Part shown: piece by piece, positions 20,441 to 32,983 of the stretch | Numbering within the stretch: position 1 is the first letter of the stretch | How the letters are laid out: each line of letters starts with the position of its first letter | Assembly: GCA_965217185.1 (NCBI GenBank) | Contig: OZ244252.1 | Coordinates: 2,432,001 to 2,496,000, forward strand | Direction: 5' to 3' | DNA from: an uncultured Candidatus Entotheonella sp. | Lineage (GTDB): Bacteria; Tectomicrobia; Entotheonellia; Entotheonellales; Entotheonellaceae | Length of the DNA: 64,000 bases | The notes under the pieces: generated by a model | Told to the model about the DNA's origin: nothing | The model's input: only the letters and a program-made list of their open reading frames with translations | The model's database searches: none | Translations under genes and position numbers: made by a program

Positions 20441-22738
20441 ATGGCAAAATCCCTGATTATTGTTGAATCTCCGGCGAAAGCGCGGACGATCCAGAAATAT
20501 CTGGGTCCAGACTATACGGTGAAGGCCTCGGTGGGCCACGTGAAGGATCTGCCCAAGCGGCGTCTGGGCATCGATACGGCGCGCAATTTCACCCCGGAGT
20601 ACGTCACCATTCAGGGTAAGAAACAGGTGTTGCAGGAACTGCGGTCGGAGGCCAAAAAGGCGTCCCAAGTGTTCCTGGCGCCGGACCCGGACCGCGAAGG
20701 CGAGGCGATTGCCTGGCACATTGCCAGTGAGCTGAATCAAACGTCTCCGGACCAGGTGTACCGCGTGCTGTTGAACGAGATCACCCGCAAGGGCGTGTCC
20801 GAGGCGTTGCAAAATCCCGGGCGCATCGACGAGCACAAGGTGTCGGCGCAGCAGGCGCGCCGTCTGCTCGACCGGCTGGTCGGCTACAAAATCAGCCCGC
20901 TGTTGTGGCAGAACGTTCAGGGCGGCTTGAGCGCCGGACGGGTACAGTCGGTGGCGCTGCGCATCATCTGCGACCGTGAACAGGCCATCAAGGTGTTCGT
21001 GCCGCGCGAATACTGGAGTATCAACGCCACCATGGCGGCGGATCCGGAGAAGCCGTTCAAGGCTTATCTACACGCCATCGAGGGCAAGAAGGCCAACATC
21101 CCCACCGGGGAGGAGGCCGAGCGCATCCTGGCCGACCTGCGTGGTGCGAAATACACGGTCGCCAAGGTCCAAAAGACGGCCCGGCGGCGCCAGCCCGCCC
21201 CGCCGTTTACCACCAGCACCCTGCAGCAGGAGGCGGTTCGCAAGTTGCGCTTCACCGCCCAGCGCACCATGCGGGTGGCGCAGCGGCTCTACGAGGGCCT
21301 GCCCATCGGCGACGACGGCGAGACCGGCCTGATCACCTACATGCGGACCGATTCGACGCGGCTGGCTGATGACGCTGTGCAGGAAACGCAAGCCTACATC
21401 GCCGAGCATTACGGTAAGGATTACGTGGCGGCCAAGCCTCGCAAGCACCGCCAGCAAAAGGGAGCGCAGGAGGCGCACGAGGCGATCCGGCCCACGTCGG
21501 TGCTGCGTTCGCCGGACAGCCTCAAGCCGCACCTGCCCCCCGAGCAGCTTGCCCTTTACAGGCTGATCTGGAACCGGTTGGTGGCCAGCCAGATGAGCGC
21601 CGCGGTCATCGACCAGACGCGGGTTGACGTGGAAGCGGCGCCGTATTCGTTCCGCGCCACCGGCGCAGTGATGCGCTTCGCGGGCTTCACGGTGCTGTAC
21701 GAGGAATCGCAGCCCGATACCGCCGCCAATGAGGTCGACGGCCAAAACCCGACGCTGCCGCCGCTGCAGGAAGGCCAGCAGGTGGAGGCCCGCGAGTTGG
21801 TGCCCAATCAGCATTTCACGCAGCCGCCGCCGCGTTACACCGAGGCTTCTCTGGTCAGCGAGCTGGAAAAACTCGGCATCGGGCGGCCTAGCACCTACGC
21901 TTCCATCCTCAGTACGCTGCGCGATCGGCAGTACGTGGCGGACCAGGAGCGCAAGCTCGTGCCCACCGAACTCGGCATCACCATCACCGGCCTGCTGGTC
22001 GAGAATTTCCCCGACTTGTTGAACGTGCAGTTCACCGCTCAGTTGGAGGACAAGCTCGATCAGATCGAAGCGGGTCGGCACGACTGGGTGGACACCTTGC
22101 ACGACTTCTACAAATCCTTCGAGGTGGATTTGCAGCGCGCCACGCAGAAGATGCGCGGCATCAAGAAGGAGGTCGAAGAGACCGACGAAGTGTGCGACAA
22201 ATGCGGCAGCGGCATGGTGATCCGCTGGGGACGGTTTGGGCGTTTCATGGCTTGCTCGGCCTATCCGAAGTGCAAGAACACCGCCGAACTGCCGTCGTCC
22301 ACGAACGGCGCCGCACAGAACACCCAACAGCCACAAACCGAGACGTTGTGCGACACCTGCGGCAAACCGATGGCGGTGCGGCGGGGACGATTCGGGGAGT
22401 TTCTGGCGTGCACCGGCTATCCCGAATGCAAGACGACACGCCCGCTCGGGGGGGTGGTCATGGATTGTCCCGAGGACGGCTGCGGCGGCGTTATCGTGCA
22501 GCGGCGTACGCGGCGCGGGCGCATTTTCTTCGGCTGTAATAATTATCCGAAATGTACGTTCACCACTTGGCAGCGTCCGGTGCCGCAGCCCTGTGCGCAG
22601 TGTGCCGCGCCGTATCTCCTGGAAAAGCGTACCAAGAAGGGGGTCACCCTACGCTGCCCCACGTGCGCTACCGAAACAGCGCCCGAAGAATCTGCGGCGT
22701 CCCCGGATGCGGCAGAACCGCAAGCAGTTTCGCCATGA
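20441..22738 (+). CDS. topA: DNA topoisomerase I
   Basis: VESPAK, DPDREGE, SAGRVQS, ITYMRTD, C-terminal Zn ribbons. Confidence 0.97.
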   Translation: MAKSLIIVESPAKARTIQKYLGPDYTVKASVGHVKDLPKRRLGIDTARNFTPEYVTIQGKKQVLQELRSEAKKASQVFLAPDPDREGEAIAWHIASELNQTSPDQVYRVLLNEITRKGVSEALQNPGRIDEHKVSAQQARRLLDRLVGYKISPLLWQNVQGGLSAGRVQSVALRIICDREQAIKVFVPREYWSINATMAADPEKPFKAYLHAIEGKKANIPTGEEAERILADLRGAKYTVAKVQKTARRRQPAPPFTTSTLQQEAVRKLRFTAQRTMRVAQRLYEGLPIGDDGETGLITYMRTDSTRLADDAVQETQAYIAEHYGKDYVAAKPRKHRQQKGAQEAHEAIRPTSVLRSPDSLKPHLPPEQLALYRLIWNRLVASQMSAAVIDQTRVDVEAAPYSFRATGAVMRFAGFTVLYEESQPDTAANEVDGQNPTLPPLQEGQQVEARELVPNQHFTQPPPRYTEASLVSELEKLGIGRPSTYASILSTLRDRQYVADQERKLVPTELGITITGLLVENFPDLLNVQFTAQLEDKLDQIEAGRHDWVDTLHDFYKSFEVDLQRATQKMRGIKKEVEETDEVCDKCGSGMVIRWGRFGRFMACSAYPKCKNTAELPSSTNGAAQNTQQPQTETLCDTCGKPMAVRRGRFGEFLACTGYPECKTTRPLGGVVMDCPEDGCGGVIVQRRTRRGRIFFGCNNYPKCTFTTWQRPVPQPCAQCAAPYLLEKRTKKGVTLRCPTCATETAPEESAASPDAAEPQAVSP

Positions 22739-24048
22739 ATGCCCGCCCCATTACGGTGATTGGCGGCGGTTTGGCCGGTACCGAGGCGGCTTTCCAGATC
22801 GCCAGCCGCGGGGTGCCGGTGCGGCTCTACGAAATGCGCCCCCAAATCCCCACCCACGTGCACCGCTCCGACCTCCTCGGCGAGTTGGTGTGCAGCAATT
22901 CCCTCAAGGCGGATACCCTGTCGTCGGCGCACGGCCTGCTGAAAGCCGAGATGCGGCACCTCAACTCGCTGGTGCTGCACGCTGCCGATGCCTGCCGCGT
23001 GCCGGCGGGTTCGGCGCTGGCGGTCGATCGGGAGCAGTTTGCCCGCTATCTCACTGATGCTGTTTGCCGCCATCCCGGCATTTCGCTGGTTCGGGAAGAG
23101 ATGACGGAACTTCCGTTTGACGGTCTTACCATTGTCGCCAGCGGTCCTCTGACCTCGGCGGCACTGACCGCCGACATCCAACGTCGCGTAGGGGCCGAGC
23201 AGTTGTACTTCTACGACGCCCTGTCGCCCATTGTGGCTGCCGATTCGATCGATTACACCAAGACCTTCTTCGCCTCGCGTTACGACCGCGGCGATGGCAA
23301 GGATTACCTCAATTGCGCTTTGGACCGCGTCCTGTATGAGCAGCTATGCGACGCCCTGTGCAATGCCGAGTGCGTGTCATTGCACGAAGTGGAGCGGGAA
23401 TTGTTTTTCGAGGGCTGCCTGCCGGTCGAGGAAATGGCGCGCCGCGGTCCGCAAACCCTGGCCTTCGGGCCGCTCAAACCCGTGGGCCTGACGCCGCCGG
23501 GCCAGTCGCAGTCTCACGCCGTGGTGCAGCTTCGCCTGGAGGACCGCATGCGCAGCGCCTACAACATGGTGGGCTTTCAGACGCGCCTGAAGTACGGCGA
23601 ACAACGCCGCATTTTCCGCATGATTCCCGGCCTGGAGCAGGCGGTGTTTCTGCGCCTGGGTTCGGTGCACCGTAATACCTTCCTGAACGCGCCGCGCCTG
23701 CTGCTGCCGACGCTGCAAACAAAGCGCGACCCGAACCTGCTGTTTGCCGGGCAGATAACCGGAGTTGAAGGGTACGTGGAATCGGCGGCGACCGGCCTGC
23801 TGGCCGGGCTCAACGCGGTGGCCCTGTCCCGCGGCGACGCTCCGCTGGTGCCGCCGGCGACCTCGGCACACGGGGCCTTGGTACACTATATTTCGGGGGC
23901 GTGCCCGGACACCTTTCAGCCGATGAACATCAACTTTGGACTGTTGCCCGCGTTGCAAACCCCGGTGCGCCGCAAGCGGCTGCGGCGCGAGGCCATGATC
24001 GACCGCGCCCTGACGGATTTGCGGGACTGGCAGCAGAAGGTGGCATGA
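22735..24048 (+). CDS. trmFO: tRNA (m5U54) methyltransferase TrmFO
   Basis: GGGLAGTE, ELVCSNS, AGQITGVEGY; ATGA overlap with topA. Confidence 0.95.
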   Translation: MNARPITVIGGGLAGTEAAFQIASRGVPVRLYEMRPQIPTHVHRSDLLGELVCSNSLKADTLSSAHGLLKAEMRHLNSLVLHAADACRVPAGSALAVDREQFARYLTDAVCRHPGISLVREEMTELPFDGLTIVASGPLTSAALTADIQRRVGAEQLYFYDALSPIVAADSIDYTKTFFASRYDRGDGKDYLNCALDRVLYEQLCDALCNAECVSLHEVERELFFEGCLPVEEMARRGPQTLAFGPLKPVGLTPPGQSQSHAVVQLRLEDRMRSAYNMVGFQTRLKYGEQRRIFRMIPGLEQAVFLRLGSVHRNTFLNAPRLLLPTLQTKRDPNLLFAGQITGVEGYVESAATGLLAGLNAVALSRGDAPLVPPATSAHGALVHYISGACPDTFQPMNINFGLLPALQTPVRRKRLRREAMIDRALTDLRDWQQKVA

Positions 24049-24052
24049 CGCG

Positions 24053-24994
24053 ATGCAGACCTACCTGAACGCCTTTCAATCCCATCTTGAGGACGAGCGC
24101 CAAGTGTCGCCCCACACCGTGCGCAACTATCTGAGCGACCTGCGGCAGTTCCTGGAGATCGCGGCGGAGGCGAATGGAGAGGGTGCCGCGCTCCTCAGCC
24201 ATCCCGACCAGATCGATGCCGGCATGATTCGTACGTATCTCAAGGTCCTGTATCAGCGGGGTGTCGAGGCAAGGACGTTGGGGCGCAAACTGGCGAGCAT
24301 GCGCAGCTTTCTGCAATTTATGGAGCGCCGCGGGCACGTCAGTAGCAACGTCGCACGTGCGGTTCGTACGCCCAAGGCGCAACGCCCGCTGCCCAATACG
24401 CTGCCGATCGATCATGTGTTCGCGCTGCTCGATACGCCGCAGGAGCCCGACCCCGAAAAGACCGTCCCGTGGATGCGTCAGCGCGATCAGGCCATCCTGG
24501 AGTTGTTCTATGCCAGCGGTGTTCGTGTCAGCGAACTGGCGGCCCTCGACGTGCAGAGCCTCGACCTCGTGGCGGGCGCCATGCGAGTGCTTGGCAAGGG
24601 CAACCGCGAGCGTCAGGTTTTCTTCGGCAAGACCGCTGCGCAGGCCCTGCGGGACTACCTCGAAGCACGCGAGATCAGCGGCCTTGGGCAGTCCGAGCCG
24701 GCGCTTTTTCTCAACCGTCACGGACACCGGCTCAGCACGCGCGGCGTGCAGTTGCTCATCAAAAAGCATTGCCGCCGCACCGGCGTCTCCACGCGCACCA
24801 GCCCGCACACTTTGCGGCACGCCTTCGCCACGCATCTGCTGGACAACGGCGCCGACCTGCGCAGCATCCAGGAACTGCTGGGGCACCAGCAGCTTTCCAC
24901 CACCCAGAAATACACCCATGTCAGCGTCGACCGTATGCTCGACGTGTACGACCAGGCGCATCCGCGCGCTCGGCGGTCACAGGGGAACACATGA
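24053..24994 (+). CDS. xerC: tyrosine recombinase XerC
   Basis: [32 protein letters not shown]; trmFO-xerC-hslV synteny. Confidence 0.9.
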   Translation: MQTYLNAFQSHLEDERQVSPHTVRNYLSDLRQFLEIAAEANGEGAALLSHPDQIDAGMIRTYLKVLYQRGVEARTLGRKLASMRSFLQFMERRGHVSSNVARAVRTPKAQRPLPNTLPIDHVFALLDTPQEPDPEKTVPWMRQRDQAILELFYASGVRVSELAALDVQSLDLVAGAMRVLGKGNRERQVFFGKTAAQALRDYLEAREISGLGQSEPALFLNRHGHRLSTRGVQLLIKKHCRRTGVSTRTSPHTLRHAFATHLLDNGADLRSIQELLGHQQLSTTQKYTHVSVDRMLDVYDQAHPRARRSQGNT

Positions 24995-25518
24995 TCCGCA
25001 GCACGACGATTCTATGTGTGCGCCACAACAGTCAGGTGGCGATGGCGGGCGACGGCCAAGTGAGTTTCAATACGACCGTCATGAAGCACCACGCCCGCAA
25101 AATCCGCAAGGTGCATCGCGATCAGGTGCTGACAGGCTTCGCCGGCGCCGCCGCGGATGCCTTCACGCTGGTGGATCGTTTCGAGACCAAGCTGGAGGAA
25201 TACCAGGGCAGCCTGATCCGCGCCGCCGTGGAACTGGCCAAGGATTGGCGCGCCGACCGCGTTCTGCGGCGCCTGGAGGCGCTGCTCGCGGTGGCGGACC
25301 GGCAGACCTCGTTGATTCTCTCCGGTACAGGCGATATTATTGAGCCCGACGATGGCATTGTTGGCATTGGTTCCGGCGGTTCGTACGCCTTGGCCGCCGC
25401 CCGCGCTTTGCAGCAGCATACGCAACTCAGCGCCCGTGAGATTGCCGAAACGGCCATGCGTATCGCCGCTGACATCTGCATTTACACGAACGACCACATC
25501 AGCGTCGAAGAGCTTTAA
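24991..25518 (+). CDS. hslV: ATP-dependent protease peptidase subunit HslV
   Basis: TTILCV, GDGQVS, GFAG, GSGG, ICIYTN. Confidence 0.96.
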   Translation: MIRSTTILCVRHNSQVAMAGDGQVSFNTTVMKHHARKIRKVHRDQVLTGFAGAAADAFTLVDRFETKLEEYQGSLIRAAVELAKDWRADRVLRRLEALLAVADRQTSLILSGTGDIIEPDDGIVGIGSGGSYALAAARALQQHTQLSAREIAETAMRIAADICIYTNDHISVEEL

Positions 25519-25541
25519 CCCTCCCCTCAGCAGGTTGCCGT

Positions 25542-26900
25542 ATGGGTGCCCTCACTCCGCGAGAGATCGTTCAGGAACTGGATAAATACATCGTTGGGCA
25601 GGACGACGCCAAGCGCGCCGTGGCGATCGCGCTGCGCAACCGCTGGCGACGCCAGCAGTTGGCCCCGGAATTGCGCAACGAGGTAGCGCCGAAGAATATC
25701 ATCATGATTGGCCCCACCGGGGTCGGCAAGACCGAGGTGGCGCGCCGTCTTGCCTCTCTGGCGTACTCTCCTTTCCTCAAGATCGAAGCCTCCAAGTTCA
25801 CCGAGGTCGGCTACGTCGGGCGCGACGTGGAATCGATGATCCGCGACCTCACCGAACTCGGCAAGAACATGGTGCAGCAGGAGGAGATGCAGCGGGTGGA
25901 GGCGAAGGCGGCGGAGAACGCCGAGGAGCGTCTGCTGGATCTGTTGCTGCCGCACCCGCCAAACGCCCCGGATACCGAACCGTCTGGCAATCTCGACGAA
26001 CTCGGTCAGCAGCACTACCAGAAGACACGCGAGAAGTTCCGCCAGTATCTGCGCGACGGCAAGCTCGACGACCGGTTCGTCGAACTGGAGGTGCAGGACG
26101 GCAGCAATCTGCCGATGATCGAGGTGGTGTCCGGCTCCGGGATGGAAGACATGGGCATTCACATCAAGGACATGCTGGGCAACCTGTTCCCGCAGCGCAA
26201 GAAGCGGCGCAAGGCCAAGGTGCCCGACGCCTTCAACATCCTCATGCAGGAAGAAGCACAGCGCCTGGTCGACATGGACGCCGTGGTCAAGGAGGCGGTG
26301 CAGCGCGTGGAGCAGTCCGGCATCATCTTCCTCGACGAGTTGGACAAGATCGCCGGACGTGAGCGCAGCAGCGGCCCGGACGTGTCGCGCGAGGGCGTGC
26401 AGCGCGACCTGCTGCCGATCATCGAGGGCAGCACGGTCAACACGAAATACGGCATGGTCAAGACCGACCACATTCTCTTCATCGCTGCCGGGGCGTTCCA
26501 CGTTTCCAAGCCGTCGGATCTGATCCCCGAATTGCAGGGACGGTTTCCCATCCGGGTCGAGCTGCAGGCTCTGGGAAAGGACGACTTCGTACGCATTCTG
26601 CGCGAGCCCCGCAATGCCCTCCTCAAGCAATACCGGGCGCTGCTCGACACCGAAGGCGTGGAAGTGGTGTTCAGCGACGACGCCATCGAGGAACTCGCCG
26701 CCATCGCCGACCGCGTTAATCAGCAGACCGAAAACATCGGCGCCCGTCGCTTGTACACCGTCCTGGAGCGCCTGCTGGACGACCTCTCCTTCCGTGCCTC
26801 GGACATGACGGAAGCGCAGGTGACCATCGACCGCCAGTACGTCACGGAGCGCCTCGAGGATATCGTCAGCAGCGAAGACATTACCCGCTACATCCTGTAA
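25542..26900 (+). CDS. hslU: ATP-dependent protease ATPase HslU
   Basis: [26 protein letters not shown]. Confidence 0.97.
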   Translation: MGALTPREIVQELDKYIVGQDDAKRAVAIALRNRWRRQQLAPELRNEVAPKNIIMIGPTGVGKTEVARRLASLAYSPFLKIEASKFTEVGYVGRDVESMIRDLTELGKNMVQQEEMQRVEAKAAENAEERLLDLLLPHPPNAPDTEPSGNLDELGQQHYQKTREKFRQYLRDGKLDDRFVELEVQDGSNLPMIEVVSGSGMEDMGIHIKDMLGNLFPQRKKRRKAKVPDAFNILMQEEAQRLVDMDAVVKEAVQRVEQSGIIFLDELDKIAGRERSSGPDVSREGVQRDLLPIIEGSTVNTKYGMVKTDHILFIAAGAFHVSKPSDLIPELQGRFPIRVELQALGKDDFVRILREPRNALLKQYRALLDTEGVEVVFSDDAIEELAAIADRVNQQTENIGARRLYTVLERLLDDLSFRASDMTEAQVTIDRQYVTERLEDIVSSEDITRYIL

Positions 26901-26931
26901 AGCCGTGCCGTTGCGCGAGGAGTCCTTGGTC

Positions 26932-27819
26932 ATGCATCCGACTGGCCATATTCAGCAGGCCCATACCCTGATCGAGGCCCTGCCGTACATTCAATTGTTT
27001 GCCAACAAGACCGTCGTGGTGAAATACGGCGGCCACGCCATGACCGACGAAGCATTACGCGATTCCTTTGCGCGCGACATCGTGCTGCTGCAGTGCGTGG
27101 GCATCCACCCGGTCGTCGTGCACGGCGGCGGTCCGCAGATCGACGCCATCATGAAGCGCATGGGCATCTCGGCGCGTTTTGAGGCCGGGCTGCGGGTGAC
27201 CGACGCGGCTACCATGGAGGTGGTTGACATGGTGCTGGGCGGCAAGCTGAACAAGGACATCGTCGCCACCATCAACCTGCACGGCGGCCAGGCGATTGGC
27301 CTGAGCGGCAAGGACGCCAACCTGATCACCGCCACCAAGAAACAGCTGTACCGCTCCGTCTCACCCGGCAGCCCGCCGCAATTGGTCGATATCGGGCTGG
27401 TCGGGGAAGTCACGTCTGTCAACACGTCGATTATCCACACGCTGGAGAATAACGGCTTCATCCCCGTCATCGCGCCGACGGGCGTGGGTGAGAACGGGGA
27501 AAGCTACAACATCAACGCCGACACCGCCGCGGGCGACATCGCCGCAGCCCTGCAAGCCGAGCGGCTGCTGTTTCTGACGGACGTGGAAGGGATTCTGGAC
27601 CGTGACAAGAAGCTGCTGCCGAGCCTCGACCGGCAGACTATCCAGCGGCTGCAGGACGAGGCCGTGATTGAAGGCGGCATGCTGCCCAAGGTGGAGGCGT
27701 GTCTGCGCGGCTTGGACGGCGGGGTCGCCAAGACCCACATCATCGACGGCCGGGTGCCGCACGCGGTGCTTCTGGAACTGTTCACGGACCGCGGCGTGGG
27801 CACGGAGATCGTTCGTTAG
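26932..27819 (+). CDS. argB: acetylglutamate kinase
   Basis: EALPYI, KYGG, HGGGP, NINAD, GGMLPK. Confidence 0.96.
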   Translation: MHPTGHIQQAHTLIEALPYIQLFANKTVVVKYGGHAMTDEALRDSFARDIVLLQCVGIHPVVVHGGGPQIDAIMKRMGISARFEAGLRVTDAATMEVVDMVLGGKLNKDIVATINLHGGQAIGLSGKDANLITATKKQLYRSVSPGSPPQLVDIGLVGEVTSVNTSIIHTLENNGFIPVIAPTGVGENGESYNINADTAAGDIAAALQAERLLFLTDVEGILDRDKKLLPSLDRQTIQRLQDEAVIEGGMLPKVEACLRGLDGGVAKTHIIDGRVPHAVLLELFTDRGVGTEIVR

Positions 27820-27907
27820 AGCCACTTCGGATCATGCGCCCCCTCACCCCAACCCGGGTAGCAAGCCGTCTTGACCGGAAATTGCCCTATCTACGGCAAA
27901 GGAAAGC

Positions 27908-28845
27908 ATGGTGAAACGCGATTTACTGTCGCTCGCCGACGTGACGCCGGCAGAGATCGACGACCTGCTGTCCTGGGCCATCGATCTCAAGGCGCAGCGA
28001 AAACGCGGCGAATCGACGCCCCTGCTGGCCGGCAAGGCTCTGGCGGTGTATCTGGAAAAGCCGTCGCTGCGCACGCGGGCGTCGTTCGAGGTCGGCATGA
28101 CCCAACTCGGCGGCGCCGTCACCACCCTGCGCAGGGAGGAGGTCGGCCTCGGTGCACGAGAGTCGGCGGGGGACGTCGGCAAGGTGCTGTCGGGATATTA
28201 CGACGCCATTGTAATGCGCACCTTCGAGCACGACGATGTGGCGGAAGTCGCGCGGCACGCCAGCGTGCCGGTCGTCAACGGCCTGACCGACCTGTTGCAC
28301 CCGTGCCAGATTCTCGCCGCCCTGCTGACCCTGCGGGAACATTTCGGCAGCCTGAGCGGCCTGCACGTCGCCTACGTCGGCGACGGCAACAACGTGGCCA
28401 ACTCGTGGCTGTTGGGCGCCGCGCAGATGGGCTTGCGGCTGACCGTCGCGTGCCCGCCCGGTTATGAGCCGAACACCGCCATCCTGGAGCAAGCCGAGGG
28501 TTTGGCGCAGGGAACCGGGGCGGTGCTGGAAGTCGTCGGGGACCCGCGGCAGGGCGTCAGCGGCGCCGACGCGGTGTACACGGACGTGTGGGCCAGCATG
28601 GGGCAGGAAGCTGAAGCCACCCGGCGGGCCGAGGTTTTTCGCCCGTATCAGGTCGGCAAGGAATTGATGGCCGGGGCCGCTTCGCACGCCGTGGCCATGC
28701 ATTGCCTGCCCGCCCATCGCGGCGAGGAAATCACCGCCGAGGTTCTGGAAGGGCCGCGCTCGCTGGTGTTCGAGGAAGCGGAGAACCGCCTGCACGCCCA
28801 AAAGGCCCTGCTGGCATTTCTGGTCAACCCGGAAGGGAGAAACGT

Positions 28846-28849
<4 letters not shown>
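27908..28849 (+). CDS. argF: ornithine carbamoyltransferase
   Basis: [22 protein letters not shown]. Confidence 0.95.
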
Positions 28850-30066
<1,217 letters not shown>

Positions 30067-30252
30067 CGCAAGGCGTTTTGCGTCGGAGTGAACGGGACCT
30101 CAGATAATCGGGTCAAAGGCTTCCAGCCAATAACGGCTCGGTTTTTCGGGTTGCGGTCGGATGACCGCAAGTTGACACGGTTGGCACATGCGTGTCTTAT
30201 TCGGGAGTCGGGTACTTTCTGAGCACCTATCAACATAAAGGAGGAAAACAGG

Positions 30253-31446
30253 ATGAACAATCAAAGATACGCACAGAGCCTTGTCCTCGTTGTCGCCTGT
30301 TTACTGCTTGCGGCTTCGCTCGTGATGGCGCAGGAATCCGAGAAACCCCCGATCAAGCTCGGCGGGGCGATAGGGGTGAACTATGCCTCCGGGAGTTACG
30401 ATGATACGCCTCGTGGAGAAGGGATCGGCGGTTTTGACCTCGACATTTTCCGCCTCAATGCCGACCTGAATTACCAGAACCTTATCGGGAGGATCGAATA
30501 CCGCTGGTACGCTGGGTATACTGACTACTACGGCACGTATAGCATGTTTCACACCGCATGGCTGGGGTACGACCTGGGCGATGCGGGCACCCTCAAGGCT
30601 GGTCTTGTACGGATTCCCTTCGGACCGACGGCGTATGGCGTCTCCAGCAGTTGGTTCTTTGACCAGCATTTTTATGTCGGGCTGACTGATGACATGGACT
30701 TGGGAGTCAGATGGAGCAGGGCCTATGACAAACTGACGCTCGACGTTGCCTACTACCTGGGAAGCGAACCCCAGACGGAGGGAGACAGTCTGGAGAGTTC
30801 GCGATATGCCTATGATGTGGTCAAGCGGGATAGCGACATACAGGATAACATCGAAAGAGGCTTTGAAGAGCAGCACCAATTCAACCTGCGTGGGATTTAT
30901 GCGCTCGAAGGCGGAACGGAGGTGGGCGCATCGCTGCAGTATGGATTGCTGAAGGGGACAAACATAGGGGGCGATGACAGCGGCGACCACTATGCGCTTT
31001 CGGGACACATGAAAAACGCCCTTGGGAATTTCACTCTCTACTCTCAGTTGACGTATTACGTGCACAACATTACGGACAACACGCCCTGGGGAACCGGCGA
31101 CCTGATTCCCATGGGGGCGTATGACTACGCAGCGCTGGTTGCATCCGAGGGAGTCGTTCCGGCGCTGTCTTTGCGCTATAACGGGGTCGATGCGTCGGGT
31201 GTCGCATGGCTGGAAAGCATAACGCCGTACGTCGAGTGGAGTTCCATCATGAAGCCGGCGGACGGACTCAACGACAGCACGCTGGTAACGGTGGGAGCCG
31301 CTTGGACGGTTGGCGCGCTGTACATAATCAGTGATCTGGCGTATTCCGACGGCAACTACTTTGTGGGTAGTGGTGGAGATTTTGGTACCAACGACAATAA
31401 CGAGTGGGAGTGGCGGCTTAATTTCAATTTTCGCTATTACTTCTGA
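30253..31446 (+). CDS. outer-membrane beta-barrel porin-like protein
   Basis: Signal peptide, aromatic-rich alternating strands, C-terminal RYYF; AGGAGG RBS. Confidence 0.75.
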   Translation: MNNQRYAQSLVLVVACLLLAASLVMAQESEKPPIKLGGAIGVNYASGSYDDTPRGEGIGGFDLDIFRLNADLNYQNLIGRIEYRWYAGYTDYYGTYSMFHTAWLGYDLGDAGTLKAGLVRIPFGPTAYGVSSSWFFDQHFYVGLTDDMDLGVRWSRAYDKLTLDVAYYLGSEPQTEGDSLESSRYAYDVVKRDSDIQDNIERGFEEQHQFNLRGIYALEGGTEVGASLQYGLLKGTNIGGDDSGDHYALSGHMKNALGNFTLYSQLTYYVHNITDNTPWGTGDLIPMGAYDYAALVASEGVVPALSLRYNGVDASGVAWLESITPYVEWSSIMKPADGLNDSTLVTVGAAWTVGALYIISDLAYSDGNYFVGSGGDFGTNDNNEWEWRLNFNFRYYF

Positions 31447-32579
31447 TCTATCTGACTCGGTACGATTGCCTCAGACGCTGTTGGAGCGGCGCAAGGCAGG
31501 TCGAAGGCCGCGGCCACGCCGGGATGGACAACGTGGCCGTTGATGGTGTTCAGCCCGCGTTGCAGGGCAGGGTTGTCGCGCAGGGCGGCGGCCACGCCCT
31601 TGTTGGCCAGTTCGAGGGCGTACGACAGGGTGACGTTGGTCAGGGCGTAGGTTGAGGTGTGGGGAACGATAGCCGGCATGTTGGTGACGCAGTAATGTAC
31701 CACTTCTTCATCCCGGTAAATCGGGTCGTGGTGCGTGGTCGGACGTGAGGTCTCGGCGCTGCCGCCTTGATCAATCGAGATATCGACAAACGCCGCACCG
31801 GGCCGCATCTCTCTGAACAGGCTGCGGGTGAGAAGCTTTGGCGTACGGGCACCCGGTACCAGGACCGAGCTGACGACCAAGTCGGCCGTAGTCACTTCCT
31901 CTTCGATATTGGCCCGGTTGGACATGACGGTGGTGACGTGGCCGCCGAGGATGTCGTGCACGTAGCGCAACCGCGCCGGGTTCACGTCCAGAATGCTCAC
32001 GTAGGCGCCGATGCCGACGGCCACCTGACAAGCGCTGGCGCCGGCGATACCTGCCCCAAGAATGACCACGTGTCCGGGTTTCACGCCGGATGCGCCGCTC
32101 AGCAAGACGCCCCGCCCCCCGTTTTGGGCCTGCAGGCTCCACGCTCCAACCTGAATCGCCAAGCGCCCGGCCACTTCGCTCATCGGCGCGAGCAGCGGCA
32201 GCGAACCATCTTCCAACTGAATGGTCTCATAGCCAAGCGCCGTCACCTGACGGTCCAGCAACAAGCGGGTGAGTTGTTCTTCGGCGGCGAGATGGAGGTA
32301 GGTGAACAGGATCAGGCCGGGGCGCAGAAACGGGTATTCGGCGGCAAGCGGCTCTTTGACCTTGAGGATGAGATCGGCTTGCGTCCAGACCTCTTCGGCG
32401 GAATCCAGGAGATGGGCCCCGGCCGCGGCGTACTGCTCATCCGAGAGGCTGCTTCCGACACCGGCTTGGGTTTCAATCACAACGCGGTGACCGTGCGCCG
32501 CTAAGGCAGCGACGCCGCTGGGGGTGATGGCGACTCGGTTCTCCTCGGCTTTGATCTCCTTAGGAATGCCGATCATCAT
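31437..32579 (-). CDS. ald: alanine dehydrogenase
   Basis: IGIPKEIK..ENRV, FTYLHLA, PMSEVAG, SIDQGG, NMP. Confidence 0.95.
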   Translation of the reverse strand: MMIGIPKEIKAEENRVAITPSGVAALAAHGHRVVIETQAGVGSSLSDEQYAAAGAHLLDSAEEVWTQADLILKVKEPLAAEYPFLRPGLILFTYLHLAAEEQLTRLLLDRQVTALGYETIQLEDGSLPLLAPMSEVAGRLAIQVGAWSLQAQNGGRGVLLSGASGVKPGHVVILGAGIAGASACQVAVGIGAYVSILDVNPARLRYVHDILGGHVTTVMSNRANIEEEVTTADLVVSSVLVPGARTPKLLTRSLFREMRPGAAFVDISIDQGGSAETSRPTTHHDPIYRDEEVVHYCVTNMPAIVPHTSTYALTNVTLSYALELANKGVAAALRDNPALQRGLNTINGHVVHPGVAAAFDLPCAAPTASEAIVPSQIDQK

Positions 32580-32668
32580 AAGGATTTTCCTGGTCGTTGC
32601 TTTACATGACGGTAGCTTCGGAAGGGCGGATCGAAGGTTGTGCTAAGCCGGGGTGCCGGCAGGGGGGA

Positions 32669-32959
32669 TCATTTGGCAGTCCGGGCGATGAGTTCCCGCA
32701 GGGCTTCCCCGTGGACCGCCGAGGCTTCCCGTTGGATATCTAAGGCGTGCATGGTGGCTTCATGCTGGCTTCTCATTGCTTCCATCGTTTCTTCATGCTG
32801 GCTCTTTCGATCTTCTGAGGATTGCCCCATGCGTTTCAAGCCGATGTAGATCAAGCCGCATTGTATGACGCCAATCACGAATCCCAAGCTGGCTTGCAGA
32901 AAGGTGCCCATCATCTGCCAGTAGCCCAGGTTCAAGGCGGCGGTTTCATACTCCGTCAC
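32669..32959 (-). CDS. small hypothetical membrane protein with coiled-coil tail
   Basis: AAGGAG RBS, one TM helix, duplicated SQHE.TM.A motif. Confidence 0.6.
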   Translation of the reverse strand: MTEYETAALNLGYWQMMGTFLQASLGFVIGVIQCGLIYIGLKRMGQSSEDRKSQHEETMEAMRSQHEATMHALDIQREASAVHGEALRELIARTAK

Positions 32960-32983
32960 GGGCGGCTCCTTGCTCGGTTCTGT

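Noticed and set aside
24053..24994. xerC as an integron or phage integrase
   Set aside because: Housekeeping trmFO-xerC-hslVU context; no IntI-specific insertion or attC array seen.
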